Part shown: positions 28,426-38,569 of the stretch, piece by piece | Layout of the letters: each line of letters starts with the position of its first letter | Position numbering within the stretch: position 1 is the stretch's first letter | IMG/VR virus record: IMGVR_UViG_3300007067_000087 | Span: 13,038 to 77,037 of that record | Direction: 5' to 3' (one strand) | DNA length: 64,000 nucleotides | From: a virus | Taxonomy: Duplodnaviria; Caudoviricetes | Made by a program: the position numbers and the translations under genes | The notes under the pieces: model-generated | What the model was told of the DNA's origin: nothing | The model's database searches: none | The model's input: the letters and a program-made list of their open reading frames with translations, nothing else

Positions 28426-29271
28426 ATGTTCAATCAATCCGTTCATGAAGCTTTTAAGCAGCATGCCATCTCTGTTTACCCGCAGGAGGCGTGCGGTTTT
28501 GTAATTGGTGATAAGCAAGATGATTCTGACGGCAATTCATCTGCAATTAATTGCAAATCAATTAATGCCCGCTATATCGCTTGTGACAATATCGCTAAAG
28601 ACAGGGCAAAAACCTTTGAAATTGACCCCATCCGTTATGTTGAGGTGCAAGAAGATGCGTGTCTTCTCGCTATCCTCCACTCCCATATTGCTCAAGAAAA
28701 AGAAGATGGCACATATGAGCCAACAACTGATTTTCCCTCACAGTTAGATATGAAGTCACAGCAAGCCTCCAACCTGCCTTGGGGCATTGCTGTCTGTCGT
28801 AAAGACTTCTGCACTGATCCCGCCTATTTTGGTGATATGCTGCCTATCCCTGATCTGATTGGCCGCCCCTTTCGCCACGGCGTGACAGATTGCTTTTCGC
28901 TTATCCGTGATTGTTACCGTTTGGGTAAAGAGGATTTGGCGGCACAAGGTATTGCTGATTGGCCTTATGAACCGTTTATACTCGAAGATATGCCGCGTGA
29001 TTTTGAATGGTGGCAGCATAATGAAAACCTCTATATCGACAATTTCACCGCTCGTGGTTTCACACTGATTAGTGAAGAGGAAGCCCGTATCGGCGATGGT
29101 TTCCTTATGTCGATTTTCTCACCCGTTCCCAATCATGGTGGTATTTATTTAGGCGATGGTTTGGGGTTGCATCATTTGCAGTGGCAGCTTTCCAAACGTG
29201 AAAATCTTCATATCTGGCGGCGTAAAATCACCCATTGGCTGCGTTTTGTGGGAGAACAAGATGCTGCGTAA
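28426..29271 (+). CDS. Tail tip protein K-like (JAB plus NlpC/P60)
   Basis: PQEACG, ILHSH, FPSQLD; GVTDCFSLIRD, NHGGIYLG, LHH. Confidence 0.88.
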   Translation: MFNQSVHEAFKQHAISVYPQEACGFVIGDKQDDSDGNSSAINCKSINARYIACDNIAKDRAKTFEIDPIRYVEVQEDACLLAILHSHIAQEKEDGTYEPTTDFPSQLDMKSQQASNLPWGIAVCRKDFCTDPAYFGDMLPIPDLIGRPFRHGVTDCFSLIRDCYRLGKEDLAAQGIADWPYEPFILEDMPRDFEWWQHNENLYIDNFTARGFTLISEEEARIGDGFLMSIFSPVPNHGGIYLGDGLGLHHLQWQLSKRENLHIWRRKITHWLRFVGEQDAA

Positions 29272-29899
29272 TGTTTATCTCTATGGTGAGGCAGCAAAAC
29301 TCTTTGGCCGTAAATTTCGCCTTGATGTCTCCTCACTCTCTGAAGCTGTTCGCGCTTTAGGCGTTCTTGTCCCCGGCTTCAAGCAATATGTTATCACCCA
29401 TGATTTCCAATGTGTACGCGGCAAATCACGCAAAACCGGTTACGCATTGGATAGTGAGCAAATTCCGTTTCATCTTGGCAAATCCGATTTACATATCACG
29501 CCCGTTATCGTTGGGGCTGGTGGTGGTAAGGGGGCAATCATTGGTAAAATCATTGCCGGTATTTTACTCGCCGGTTTTGCGTTCTTCACTGCCCCAGCCT
29601 TAACTGCCACCATAGGTGGTACGGCCATTACTTACGGTAATATCGTGACGGCGGGTCTTGGTATGGCCTTTATGGGCATAAGCCAACTCTTATCAGCGCA
29701 ACCCAAGAAAAAAGAAAACACAGAAGGTAAGGGCAGTTCGACTTTCTCCAACGTGCCGCAAGTTTCTGAACAGGGTGAACCCGTGCCTCTACTCTATGGC
29801 CGCTTCATGATCCGCAATCCGCCTTTGATTTCAACCGGTGTGATTACCTCTGATATTGGTTACGGGCAAGCTGCGTATGGAGGTAAAAGCAATGGTTGA
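29261..29899 (+). CDS. Tail assembly protein I-like
   Basis: LYGEAAKLFG...SEAVRAL; QGEPVPLLYG. Confidence 0.85.
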   Translation: MLRNVYLYGEAAKLFGRKFRLDVSSLSEAVRALGVLVPGFKQYVITHDFQCVRGKSRKTGYALDSEQIPFHLGKSDLHITPVIVGAGGGKGAIIGKIIAGILLAGFAFFTAPALTATIGGTAITYGNIVTAGLGMAFMGISQLLSAQPKKKENTEGKGSSTFSNVPQVSEQGEPVPLLYGRFMIRNPPLISTGVITSDIGYGQAAYGGKSNG

Positions 29900-32800
29900 T
29901 AAAAAGCTGACTGAAAACCAATCCGTATCCTTCTTGCGTGGTGCTGGTGGCGGAGGCAAGAAAAGCGGCAAAGTCAAGGATGATGCCAATACTTTACGCT
30001 CCAATGCCATTGCCCGTGTTCTTGCCCTTTTGTGCGAGGGAGAAATTAAGGGGTTGGTTGATGGTGCAAAATCCATCTATCTTGATGATGTTCCTTTGCA
30101 TAATGAACATGGCAACCCCAACTTTTCTGGTGTCAATTGGGCGTTTCGTCATGGCTTGCCAGACCAAGAACCAATTACCGCCATGGTCGGGGTGGAAAAT
30201 GAAATGCCGGTGGGTGTTGAAGTCACCTCGAAAATGGCAATCACCCGTACCCTGCTGGATGCTGATTACACTTCCTGCCGTGTCACAGTTAGAATACCGG
30301 CTCTGGTCAACCAGACCGACAACGGCATGAAACGCACCAGCGTCAAGTTTCAAATTATTGTTCGTTATCATCAAGGACCATGGGAAACCCCCTTTGGTTC
30401 AGGTGGAATTGAAATTTGGGGCAAAACCACCTCGGCCTATGACAAGCAATTTTCCTTTGCTTTGCCGAAAGCCCCCAATGGGCAAAATTCGCATCCTTGG
30501 GAAATTCAGGTTATCCGCCTGATGCCGGATAGTCATGACATAAAATTACAAAATAGTATCTATTTTGGTTCACTTACTGGCATTATTGATGAGCAATTTA
30601 CCTATCCCGATAGTGCTCTGTTTGGCATGACGGTTGATGCTGAACAATTTGAACGCGGCATGCCGAACCTCTCATTGCTGCTTGATGGCAAGATTATCAA
30701 AGTCCCCTCAAACTATGATCCAGAAACCCGTGCCTATACTGGTATCTGGGACGGTACGTTCAAGGAGGCTTATTGCGACAATCCAGCATGGATTTATTAT
30801 GATCTGTTGGAGAATAATCGCTCTGGTCTCGGCGGGTTGTTGGAAAGCGTCTTCATTGATAAATGGACACTCTACGATATTGGTCGTAATTGTGATGTCA
30901 TGGTGCCTAATGGCTATGGTGGAGAAGAGCCAAGATTTACCATTGGGGCGTATATTACGCGAGCGGAAGAAGCTTATGATTTACTGCAAAAAGTGGCTTC
31001 TGCCTTTCGCGGCATGTCTTTCTGGTCATCAGGAGCGGTAACAGCGACCCAAGATGTCCCCTCCGATCCAGTTGTTCTGGCAACTCGTGCCAATGTCATA
31101 AAGGGCGAATTTTCTTACTCGGGGTCAGCCCTCGCGGCACGTCATACCGTTGCTCATGTCAAGTTTTACGATCCTAATGATATGTATCGCCCCTCGGTTG
31201 AGGTGGTGCGTGATCATGATGGTATTATTCGTTATGGTGAGAGGGTCAAAGAAGTTGATGCTTTTGGTTGCACCTCCAGAGGGCAAGCGCACCGCGTCGG
31301 CCAATGGATTTTGATGTCAGAAATGAATGAAACCCAAACTGTGAGCTACACGGCGGGTTTCGATCATGGTCATGTCAAGGTTGGCGATATTGTTCTGGTG
31401 ATGGATGAAAAACAAGCCAATGTTGATCATGGTGGCCGCATCATCAAACAAATAGACAATCGTTGGGTCAAGCTTGATCGTCCAATTACCGCTGGCACAT
31501 CTTCAGGGGCAAAACTCCTGCTTACCCATCCAGACGGTGAGGTGGTTGAATATGATCTCGCTTCCGATTTCACAGACGCAACGGAGGTGATGGTTGCTTC
31601 CGATATTCCGGTTGATCTGCTCCCTGCCTCGGTGTGGATTTTATCAAAATCTACTGTCAAACCAAAACCTTACCGTGTCCTTTCCATCAAGGCCAATGAA
31701 GAACACCAGTTTGATATTGTCGCTTTGGAACATTACAGCCCCAAATATGCAATTATTGAGGGCGACCCGCAATTTGCTGAGCCTATCTATCGACAAGAGG
31801 CAGAAGTTGAAACTGTAGAGAATCTGAATGCTGTTGAATACCAATTTTTCAAGGATGGTGTGCCGCGTTCCAACATGACAATTTCTTGGTCTGTACCGGT
31901 GCATATGTATGCGGCGATGTTTCGGGTAGAAATTGACGGACCGGGCGGTGATACCCATATCGTTTACCCGAGTCTTGCGGGGTCAACTGTTGATGTTGAG
32001 GATATTATCCCCGGCACTTGGAGTATCAGGGTCTATTCATTGAGCTTAAGCGGGGCAAGATTCCAACCCGCCACCCTTGACTATAATGCTATGGGTTGGG
32101 AGGGTGTGGATTTACCGGAAGTCCAGAATTTGCGTCTGGCTTCCCCTTTCACTACCGCTGATTGCAGCATTGTCTGGGAAAATGATTTTCCCAATGCACC
32201 AACAAACAACCCGATGTTCAAGCGGGCAGAAGTCAAGATTTACTCATATATCAACAGTCTAAAAACCTTACGGCGCAGCGAGTATGTGTTTGGCAATAGC
32301 TATACCTACAGCTTTGCCCTGAATGAACAGGATGGTATTCCGGCAAGAGAGTTGATCTTTGAGGTTTCTGCTACTGATATTTATGACCGCACCGGCGAAC
32401 CAGCTGAACTCACCGCTTATAATGAACCCATCCCCGCCCCAACAGTAGAAGTCACCGCTGGTATGGGCAGTATCGTTGTGTCTTACGCTATTCCCTCGGT
32501 AGAGGATTACGTCAAGACAAAAGTCTGGATTTCTGGAATTCAAGATTTTGACCCCACATTAACCGTCCCTGCCTATGTGGGAATAAGCTCATTTCATGCC
32601 CACCCTGTGGACGATCATAATCCCCGCTATATCCGCGTAGCTCATATTGACAGCTTTTCTGATAATGATTTTGCTGTATCCAGCGAATTATCAACCTCAG
32701 CCTTGCCTTTGATGCTCGACACTACCCCACCAGCAACACCAACGGGTTTGAGTGTTGTTTCGCAACCTTACACCCCTACACAATCAAAGATCACTATAAC

Positions 32801-35396
32801 ATGGGACGAAAATATTGAGCCTGATTTTGCTTATTATGGTTTGGAAATTTCTGAAAATAGCAACAATTGGATTCCCTTTACTGTTTTCAACAATCAATAT
32901 GTCTTTTATGGAAAACCTGTTACCTACTGCGGTATAAGGCTCCGTGCTCATGACAGAGCGGGTAATGCCTCGACTTATACAGAAACGTGGCATCAAGCAG
33001 CGGCTTGGAACTCACCACCACCCACTCCTTTCATTGATGATATTACAAGTGGCTTTGGCACAGTCTGGTTAAGATGGAGCAGCCTTGATGAGTATTATGG
33101 CATTGCGCATTATCAGATTTGGGAAGATGTAGATGGCAATATATCTACATACACCGTCAATAACACCAGCTTCATGCGTTCTGGCTTGCCTGATAACCAA
33201 TTATGCACTTTCAAAGTGCGGGCGACAGATATATCAGGAAATCAATCTGAATGGTCAGAGGAAGTATCAGTTACGACAACAGGTTCACCCGGCGTAACCC
33301 AAGACGATTTGCAAGGCTTAATTACCAACGCCTCTTTTGCTGAAGGATTGGTGGGGATTGAGGTTCTAGCTAGCCTTCCCAGCACCGGCAATAAAGAAGG
33401 TCGCGTTGTTCTCAATACTACTGATGGCAAGCTTTACCGCTTTATCAATGGTGAGTGGACTGTCTCAACACAGGCCGAAGATATTAACGGCAAGCTTACC
33501 GCTGGGCAAATAGCAGCAGGGGCAATTGGCGCAGATCAAATCGCCGCCAATGCCATTTCTGCCAAACATTTAACCATTGGCGACTTCACCAACCTCATTG
33601 ATAATGGTTGGGCAACCGGTGATATTTCTGGTTGGGACAAGCATGACAGTATTTTTGAACTACCAAATCCAGCAATTAATGCTGATCATTACGGCTATAC
33701 TATCACAAGCACCGGCAGGGTTGCTGCCACATCCAAAAATATTCCGGTTCAATCAGGCGAGGTTTATTATATTGGCGTATGGGTGAATAATACTGATCCC
33801 AACTATGATGCTTGGATTGGTGTTGGTGCAACAAAACCAGATGGCACAATTGTCTGGTCTGATCTATTCTCAACCAATGTCAAAAATGACTGGGTTTATT
33901 TAAGCGGGCAATATAGCGTCCCCGATGAAACAGAGAGCATCTTTGTCTATCTGTTTACTGCCAGACCATTTGGTGAGACAGGCAGTCCTGCGCATTGGTC
34001 AAAGCCGCTGATGCGCCGTGCTGCCAATGACGTGTTAATTGCTGATGGGGCAATCAAGGCCGAACATCTCTCGACAGGTGAATTGATTGCCAATTCTGCT
34101 CAAATCAAAGATGCAATCATCACCGATGCTAAAATAGTTGATCTGGATGCTGGCAAGATCAAGGCTGACACAGTGCTGGCGGGTTCAATTAAGGTTGGCA
34201 ATGATACGCTTGATCTCATAAAGAACAATGCCAGCAACCCCGTCACAGCTATCAATAATGGCGCAACCTTGATTGACCCGGGTAAAATCCTGATCAGTGG
34301 CGGCACTTCTCTTGCCGACTGGCGTATGGGTGGCGATACCACCAAGATTAACGGCGGCAATATTGCTACCAATACGATTACGGCCAACAAACTGACCATT
34401 GGCTCACGAGGAATTACCGTCACAGGCATTACCTTTGAGCATAACAAGCCTGATTTAAATCACGTTTCTTGGACATCAGGCAGTATAAGATATATCGCGG
34501 ATAATGGGGGTAGTAGTAATAGGGTTATTGCCGCAGACGAAGCTATATGGTCTTATGATCCCCTTTATATTTATTGGCAGAAAAATTCCATCAACCTGCA
34601 AACAACCACTAATTTCAATACAGCCAACCAACCCGATAATATTATTCTTGCTGTTTATAAAGGTGGAACAAATCTTGATGCCAATTATGGCCGCACCATC
34701 ATTGAAGGCAACCAGATCAAAACCGGTTCTATTACCGCCAATCAGATACAAGCAGGGGCAATTCAAGCTCAACAAATCGCTGCTGATGCGATTTCTGCCG
34801 GGCATATTCAATCAAACGCTATTGTTGCCAACAAAATAGCAGCCAATGCTATTACTACTGATAAGATTGTTTCAGGCGCAATCACCGCCGATAAAATAGC
34901 TGCTGGTGCAATCACTGCTGATTTACTCACCGCCGGTTCTATTCATGGTAGTGTCATACAGGCGGGAACATTGAATGCTGATCGTATTGCCGCTGGCACA
35001 ATCACTGCTGATAAAATCATGGCAGAAACCGTTGAGGCCACAAACTTAAAACCCGCTGCCATTACGCAGGTGGCTTTTGGTTCAGGCACAAATTTTAGCC
35101 TTGGCCTTGATATACAACACGGCCATGTGCTGATTATTGCCCAAACAAGCGGCATTCCAAGTGGGTATAACGCACAAATGATCAAAAGGAATGGTGTTAA
35201 TCTTGTTGCTTATAGCACTGTGACACTTAACTATACGACCATTGTTCATAAAAGTGGCCAAGGTGGCGGAGATTATTACACACAGAATAACACCGTCCAT
35301 TTCAATCAATTACTCTATTCCGATAGCCCACCACCTGGTTGGCACAGCTACACATTTCCGAGTGGTAGTGCCATTATCATGAACTATAAACGATGA
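29892..35396 (+). CDS. Host specificity / central tail fibre protein J-like
   Basis: LCEGEIKGLV, SIYLDDVPL, YCDNPAWIYYDLL, FN3-like repeats, C-terminal ADKIxAGxI repeats. Confidence 0.92.
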   Translation: MVDKKLTENQSVSFLRGAGGGGKKSGKVKDDANTLRSNAIARVLALLCEGEIKGLVDGAKSIYLDDVPLHNEHGNPNFSGVNWAFRHGLPDQEPITAMVGVENEMPVGVEVTSKMAITRTLLDADYTSCRVTVRIPALVNQTDNGMKRTSVKFQIIVRYHQGPWETPFGSGGIEIWGKTTSAYDKQFSFALPKAPNGQNSHPWEIQVIRLMPDSHDIKLQNSIYFGSLTGIIDEQFTYPDSALFGMTVDAEQFERGMPNLSLLLDGKIIKVPSNYDPETRAYTGIWDGTFKEAYCDNPAWIYYDLLENNRSGLGGLLESVFIDKWTLYDIGRNCDVMVPNGYGGEEPRFTIGAYITRAEEAYDLLQKVASAFRGMSFWSSGAVTATQDVPSDPVVLATRANVIKGEFSYSGSALAARHTVAHVKFYDPNDMYRPSVEVVRDHDGIIRYGERVKEVDAFGCTSRGQAHRVGQWILMSEMNETQTVSYTAGFDHGHVKVGDIVLVMDEKQANVDHGGRIIKQIDNRWVKLDRPITAGTSSGAKLLLTHPDGEVVEYDLASDFTDATEVMVASDIPVDLLPASVWILSKSTVKPKPYRVLSIKANEEHQFDIVALEHYSPKYAIIEGDPQFAEPIYRQEAEVETVENLNAVEYQFFKDGVPRSNMTISWSVPVHMYAAMFRVEIDGPGGDTHIVYPSLAGSTVDVEDIIPGTWSIRVYSLSLSGARFQPATLDYNAMGWEGVDLPEVQNLRLASPFTTADCSIVWENDFPNAPTNNPMFKRAEVKIYSYINSLKTLRRSEYVFGNSYTYSFALNEQDGIPARELIFEVSATDIYDRTGEPAELTAYNEPIPAPTVEVTAGMGSIVVSYAIPSVEDYVKTKVWISGIQDFDPTLTVPAYVGISSFHAHPVDDHNPRYIRVAHIDSFSDNDFAVSSELSTSALPLMLDTTPPATPTGLSVVSQPYTPTQSKITITWDENIEPDFAYYGLEISENSNNWIPFTVFNNQYVFYGKPVTYCGIRLRAHDRAGNASTYTETWHQAAAWNSPPPTPFIDDITSGFGTVWLRWSSLDEYYGIAHYQIWEDVDGNISTYTVNNTSFMRSGLPDNQLCTFKVRATDISGNQSEWSEEVSVTTTGSPGVTQDDLQGLITNASFAEGLVGIEVLASLPSTGNKEGRVVLNTTDGKLYRFINGEWTVSTQAEDINGKLTAGQIAAGAIGADQIAANAISAKHLTIGDFTNLIDNGWATGDISGWDKHDSIFELPNPAINADHYGYTITSTGRVAATSKNIPVQSGEVYYIGVWVNNTDPNYDAWIGVGATKPDGTIVWSDLFSTNVKNDWVYLSGQYSVPDETESIFVYLFTARPFGETGSPAHWSKPLMRRAANDVLIADGAIKAEHLSTGELIANSAQIKDAIITDAKIVDLDAGKIKADTVLAGSIKVGNDTLDLIKNNASNPVTAINNGATLIDPGKILISGGTSLADWRMGGDTTKINGGNIATNTITANKLTIGSRGITVTGITFEHNKPDLNHVSWTSGSIRYIADNGGSSNRVIAADEAIWSYDPLYIYWQKNSINLQTTTNFNTANQPDNIILAVYKGGTNLDANYGRTIIEGNQIKTGSITANQIQAGAIQAQQIAADAISAGHIQSNAIVANKIAANAITTDKIVSGAITADKIAAGAITADLLTAGSIHGSVIQAGTLNADRIAAGTITADKIMAETVEATNLKPAAITQVAFGSGTNFSLGLDIQHGHVLIIAQTSGIPSGYNAQMIKRNGVNLVAYSTVTLNYTTIVHKSGQGGGDYYTQNNTVHFNQLLYSDSPPPGWHSYTFPSGSAIIMNYKR

Positions 35397-35461
35397 TTTT
35401 TACATTGTCGCATGTTATCATTTACTATATGATGCTATCATAATTAATATGGAGACAAATC

Positions 35462-35722
35462 ATGGGATCGGTTCTTGTTAGAAATTTACCCGAGGCAACG
35501 CATCGTGCTTTAAAAAACATGGCCGCAAAGCATGGCCGCAGCGCCGAAGCCGAATTACGCCACATTATTGAAGCGGCAGTAAGACCACCGAAACGGCTCA
35601 AACTCGGCACAGAGCTTGCCAAGATTGGCAAAGAAATAGGCATGAATGATGAGGAATGGGCGATGTTTCAGGAAAACATTAAAAGAGACAAAACCCCTGT
35701 TGAACCAATGAAGTTTGATTGA
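35462..35722 (+). CDS. fitA: FitA-like RHH antitoxin
   Basis: SVLVRNLPEATHRALK..AAKHGRSAEAELRHII. Confidence 0.88.
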   Translation: MGSVLVRNLPEATHRALKNMAAKHGRSAEAELRHIIEAAVRPPKRLKLGTELAKIGKEIGMNDEEWAMFQENIKRDKTPVEPMKFD

Positions 35723-36141
35723 TGATTATTTTAGATACCAACGTTATTTCCGAACCTATGCGTTCCAAACCTGATACTCACGTGTTGGAGTGGTTCAACG
35801 AACAGGATTTTGAGACCCTCTATCTAACAACAATTACGGTCGCAGAAATTCTTTTAGGTATAAGATCTATGTCAGACGGCAAACGCAAAGCCAACCTTCA
35901 GCATGGCTATTATAATAAGGTTCTTCCGTTGTTTAAGGGTCGTATCTTGCCTTTTGATTATGAGGCGGTGGATGAATATGCTTCGTTTATGGCGCATGCC
36001 AAAAATATTGGTCGGTCTATTGGGCAAAATGATGCTTATATCGCCGCCATTGCTAAATGTCATAATATGATTGTTGCGACACGGGATGTCAGCCCATTTG
36101 AGACCGCAGGACTTGAAGTTATTAATCCTTGGAAAGAATAA
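35719..36141 (+). CDS. vapC: FitB/VapC PIN-domain toxin
   Basis: ILDTNVISE, TITVAEI, DAYIAAIA, VATRD. Confidence 0.92.
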   Translation: MMIILDTNVISEPMRSKPDTHVLEWFNEQDFETLYLTTITVAEILLGIRSMSDGKRKANLQHGYYNKVLPLFKGRILPFDYEAVDEYASFMAHAKNIGRSIGQNDAYIAAIAKCHNMIVATRDVSPFETAGLEVINPWKE

Positions 36142-36145
36142 ACGC

Positions 36146-36559
36146 ATGCAAAAAGTTGATTTTATCCGATATAATCTGACCAATGGCAAGATTTTAAGTG
36201 CTGTTTCTTGTCCCCAATATGCTTACGCCTTTAATGCCCCACCAAGCACGGAAGTCGGTTATTTGTCTGGCACAGTCACTGATATAGAATCTTTTTACGT
36301 CTCGAATGAACAGCTTGTCGAACGCCCCAACTTCAACCTACCCGATACGCCAATTCAAATACAAGCCAACGGCATTGACAGTTTTGAATTGAACAATCTT
36401 CCCCAAGGCACAATTGTCACTATTGAACCAGATGATGAAACACATGCAATTGATGATGGAGAATTGTCTTTCGCCACAGAACAGCCCGGCTTTTACGCGC
36501 TCCACATTAACGCTTTTCCTTATCAAAAAGCCACTGTTACCATTGAGGCCGTATTATGA
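36146..36559 (+). CDS. Tail-associated hypothetical protein
   Basis: Resumes the tail operon after fitAB; coupled to next ORF. Confidence 0.55.
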   Translation: MQKVDFIRYNLTNGKILSAVSCPQYAYAFNAPPSTEVGYLSGTVTDIESFYVSNEQLVERPNFNLPDTPIQIQANGIDSFELNNLPQGTIVTIEPDDETHAIDDGELSFATEQPGFYALHINAFPYQKATVTIEAVL

Positions 36560-37002
36560 AAATCGTCAAAAAAGCTGATATTGAAGAAGCGCGTGCCGCG
36601 ATCATTGACAAGATTAACAATCAAGCTGAACAAGCCGCAGCGCAATTCCTTACCCCGACAAATCTTGCCCAGCATATGTATCGGCTCAAACAACAAGAGA
36701 TGCGGCAATTCTATCGCTATGCCAGTGAGCAAGATACGCCATTACTCGCAGAGGAAGCCAAGCTTCGAGATGTGCCTTTACCCCAACTTGTGCAAGACAT
36801 AGAGCAAAAACAGGCAGAGTGTGACGAAGCCTTAAAGGCTATTGAGCTTGCCCGCCAACAAGCCTTGATTACTGCCAAACAAGCCACAACCGTTGCCGAA
36901 CTCCATCAAGCCGCTGATGTAGATTGGGTGCGGGTGGAGGAAGTGCGGGAAACCAAGGCTGCTATTGAACCTGCCTTTGATTTTATTTCTTACCTTAATT
37001 GA
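36556..37002 (+). CDS. Tail fibre assembly-like protein
   Basis: Helical, TPLLAEEAKLR...IELARQQA pattern; synteny. Confidence 0.5.
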   Translation: MKIVKKADIEEARAAIIDKINNQAEQAAAQFLTPTNLAQHMYRLKQQEMRQFYRYASEQDTPLLAEEAKLRDVPLPQLVQDIEQKQAECDEALKAIELARQQALITAKQATTVAELHQAADVDWVRVEEVRETKAAIEPAFDFISYLN

Positions 37003-37076
37003 TGAAATCAATTGCAAATATATTTACAAAAATCATTTCCTTGACAAGTACCTAAATTGTTGGCGTAATAGACAAC

Positions 37077-37362
37077 ATGACGGCAATAAAAATCATTGAA
37101 CATAAGAGCGTGGAAGCTGACGGTAGTATTATCCAATTTGTTGTTTGGAACGTCCCAACACCCCGTCCCGCCTACCACCCACGGTTTTAAGTATAGGATG
37201 GTTTATATCCGTAACGGTGAACGGATTGTCGGCTTTGATAATGAGCGTGGCAAAGGTGATCATACTCACCTTGATGGTAAAGAATACTCTTATCAATTTA
37301 CAACCGTTAAACAACTCATTGAAGATTTTAGGTTAGAGGTAAGAAAACGGAGGCAGAAGTGA
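37077..37362 (+). pseudogene. DUF6516/TumE-like toxin with +1 frameshift
   Basis: ATG 37077 frame gives ..IIQFVVWNVPTP; extra C in CCCC 37161-37164; other frame gives VPPTTHGFKYR..GFDNERGKGDH. Confidence 0.78.
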
Positions 37363-37724
37363 GAACATTAACGATTACAACAAATCCTGATTGGGAGACT
37401 GAGTTGATTGCGGCTGGTGAACGTGCAGAAATTGGAATAAAAACCGGTACATACCAGGGAGAAACATTAAGTTTTGAAACAGTGGGAACGTTTTTCTCCC
37501 ACCTAACTGAACGCCGTTGGCAATTACTGAATGAACTTTTAGGGGCTGGCACGGTGGGAGTAAGAGAGCTTTCCCGCCGATTGGGACGCGATGTTAAGCG
37601 TGTTCATGAAGATGCGGCAAGTCTGGTTAATCTTGGGCTGCTTGAGAAAGACGAACGCGGTGCATTATATTGTCCCTTTCAGCATATCCATGTTGATATG
37701 ACGCTGGAAAAGAAAACCGCGTAA
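37359..37724 (+). CDS. Cognate winged-HTH antitoxin
   Basis: LTERRWQLL...GVRELSRRLGRDVKRVHEDAASL; overlaps toxin stop. Confidence 0.8.
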   Translation: MRTLTITTNPDWETELIAAGERAEIGIKTGTYQGETLSFETVGTFFSHLTERRWQLLNELLGAGTVGVRELSRRLGRDVKRVHEDAASLVNLGLLEKDERGALYCPFQHIHVDMTLEKKTA

Positions 37725-37809
37725 CTCCTAATCCACGCGTGCTATAATAAAAGTGGCCAATGGTAATTTATTCTTGACAAATGTTTACTATTGGCATACA
37801 TTGGTATGT

Positions 37810-38067
37810 ATGAAAACCATAATCTACAGTAGACAAGCAGCAAAGGTTCTTCGGGGATTACCCACCAATATTGCCGCTAGGATAGAGAGTAAAATCAAAC
37901 AATATGCCACTGATCCAACTTATCAAGCAAATAATGTTAAAGCTATGCAGGGTGATGAATTTAAAGGCTGTTTGAGATTACGTGTAGGTGATTGGCGCGT
38001 TATTTTCTCGGAAAGCGGCAAGGTAATTGATGTGCGGAAAATTGCTAGCCGTGGTAGTGTTTATTAG
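37810..38067 (+). CDS. relE: RelE/ParE-family toxin
   Basis: IIYSRQAAKVL...NVKAMQG...LRLRVGDWRVIF; upstream TTGACA-N17-TACATT. Confidence 0.9.
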   Translation: MKTIIYSRQAAKVLRGLPTNIAARIESKIKQYATDPTYQANNVKAMQGDEFKGCLRLRVGDWRVIFSESGKVIDVRKIASRGSVY

Positions 38068-38076
38068 GAGAGTAAA

Positions 38077-38448
38077 ATGAGAATCCAAAAATTGGAAACC
38101 ATAGGTGGAGAAACTCTTGTTGTTTTGCCACAATCAGAATATGAAAAAATGATTGAAGCATTAGAAGAAAGGGAAGATGAAAAATCTATCCGCATCTTCG
38201 AGCAAAAGCTAGCGGCAGGTGCGGAAGAATACATCCCTTCTGAAATGGTTGAGCGTTTTATTGCTGGCGAGAACCCAATTAAGGTCTGGCGGAAATATAG
38301 AGGGTTGTCTATCCGTAAACTGGCTGACATGATAGGACTTAGTCCATCGTTTCTCTCCCAGATTGAAGCAGGAAAGAAAGAAGGTGCAGTTTCTACTTAT
38401 AAGAAAATCGCCGAAGCTCTTAAAGTTACAGTAGACGATTTGATTTAA
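38077..38448 (+). CDS. XRE-HTH antitoxin
   Basis: VVLPQSEYEKMIEALE; IKVWRKYRGLSIRKLADMIGLSPSFLSQIE. Confidence 0.88.
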   Translation: MRIQKLETIGGETLVVLPQSEYEKMIEALEEREDEKSIRIFEQKLAAGAEEYIPSEMVERFIAGENPIKVWRKYRGLSIRKLADMIGLSPSFLSQIEAGKKEGAVSTYKKIAEALKVTVDDLI

Positions 38449-38526
38449 GTCACGCCGATGTGATGGGTTGCGCAGTGTGCCAGCTTCTGTTGGCAATATA
38501 GTTATTTTTGTTGTTTTGCGATATTA

Positions 38527-38542
38527 TTGCAATTAATTGCAA
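38527..38542. promoter_or_regulatory. Palindrome copy upstream of lysis cassette
   Basis: Perfect TTGCAATTAATTGCAA. Confidence 0.85.
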
Positions 38543-38569
38543 ATTAATTTTTACACAAAGATTTATTCC

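Noticed and set aside
29892-37002. Diversity-generating retroelement or invertible tail-fibre switch
   Set aside because: No reverse transcriptase, TR/VR pair, invertase or inverted crossover sites are visible.
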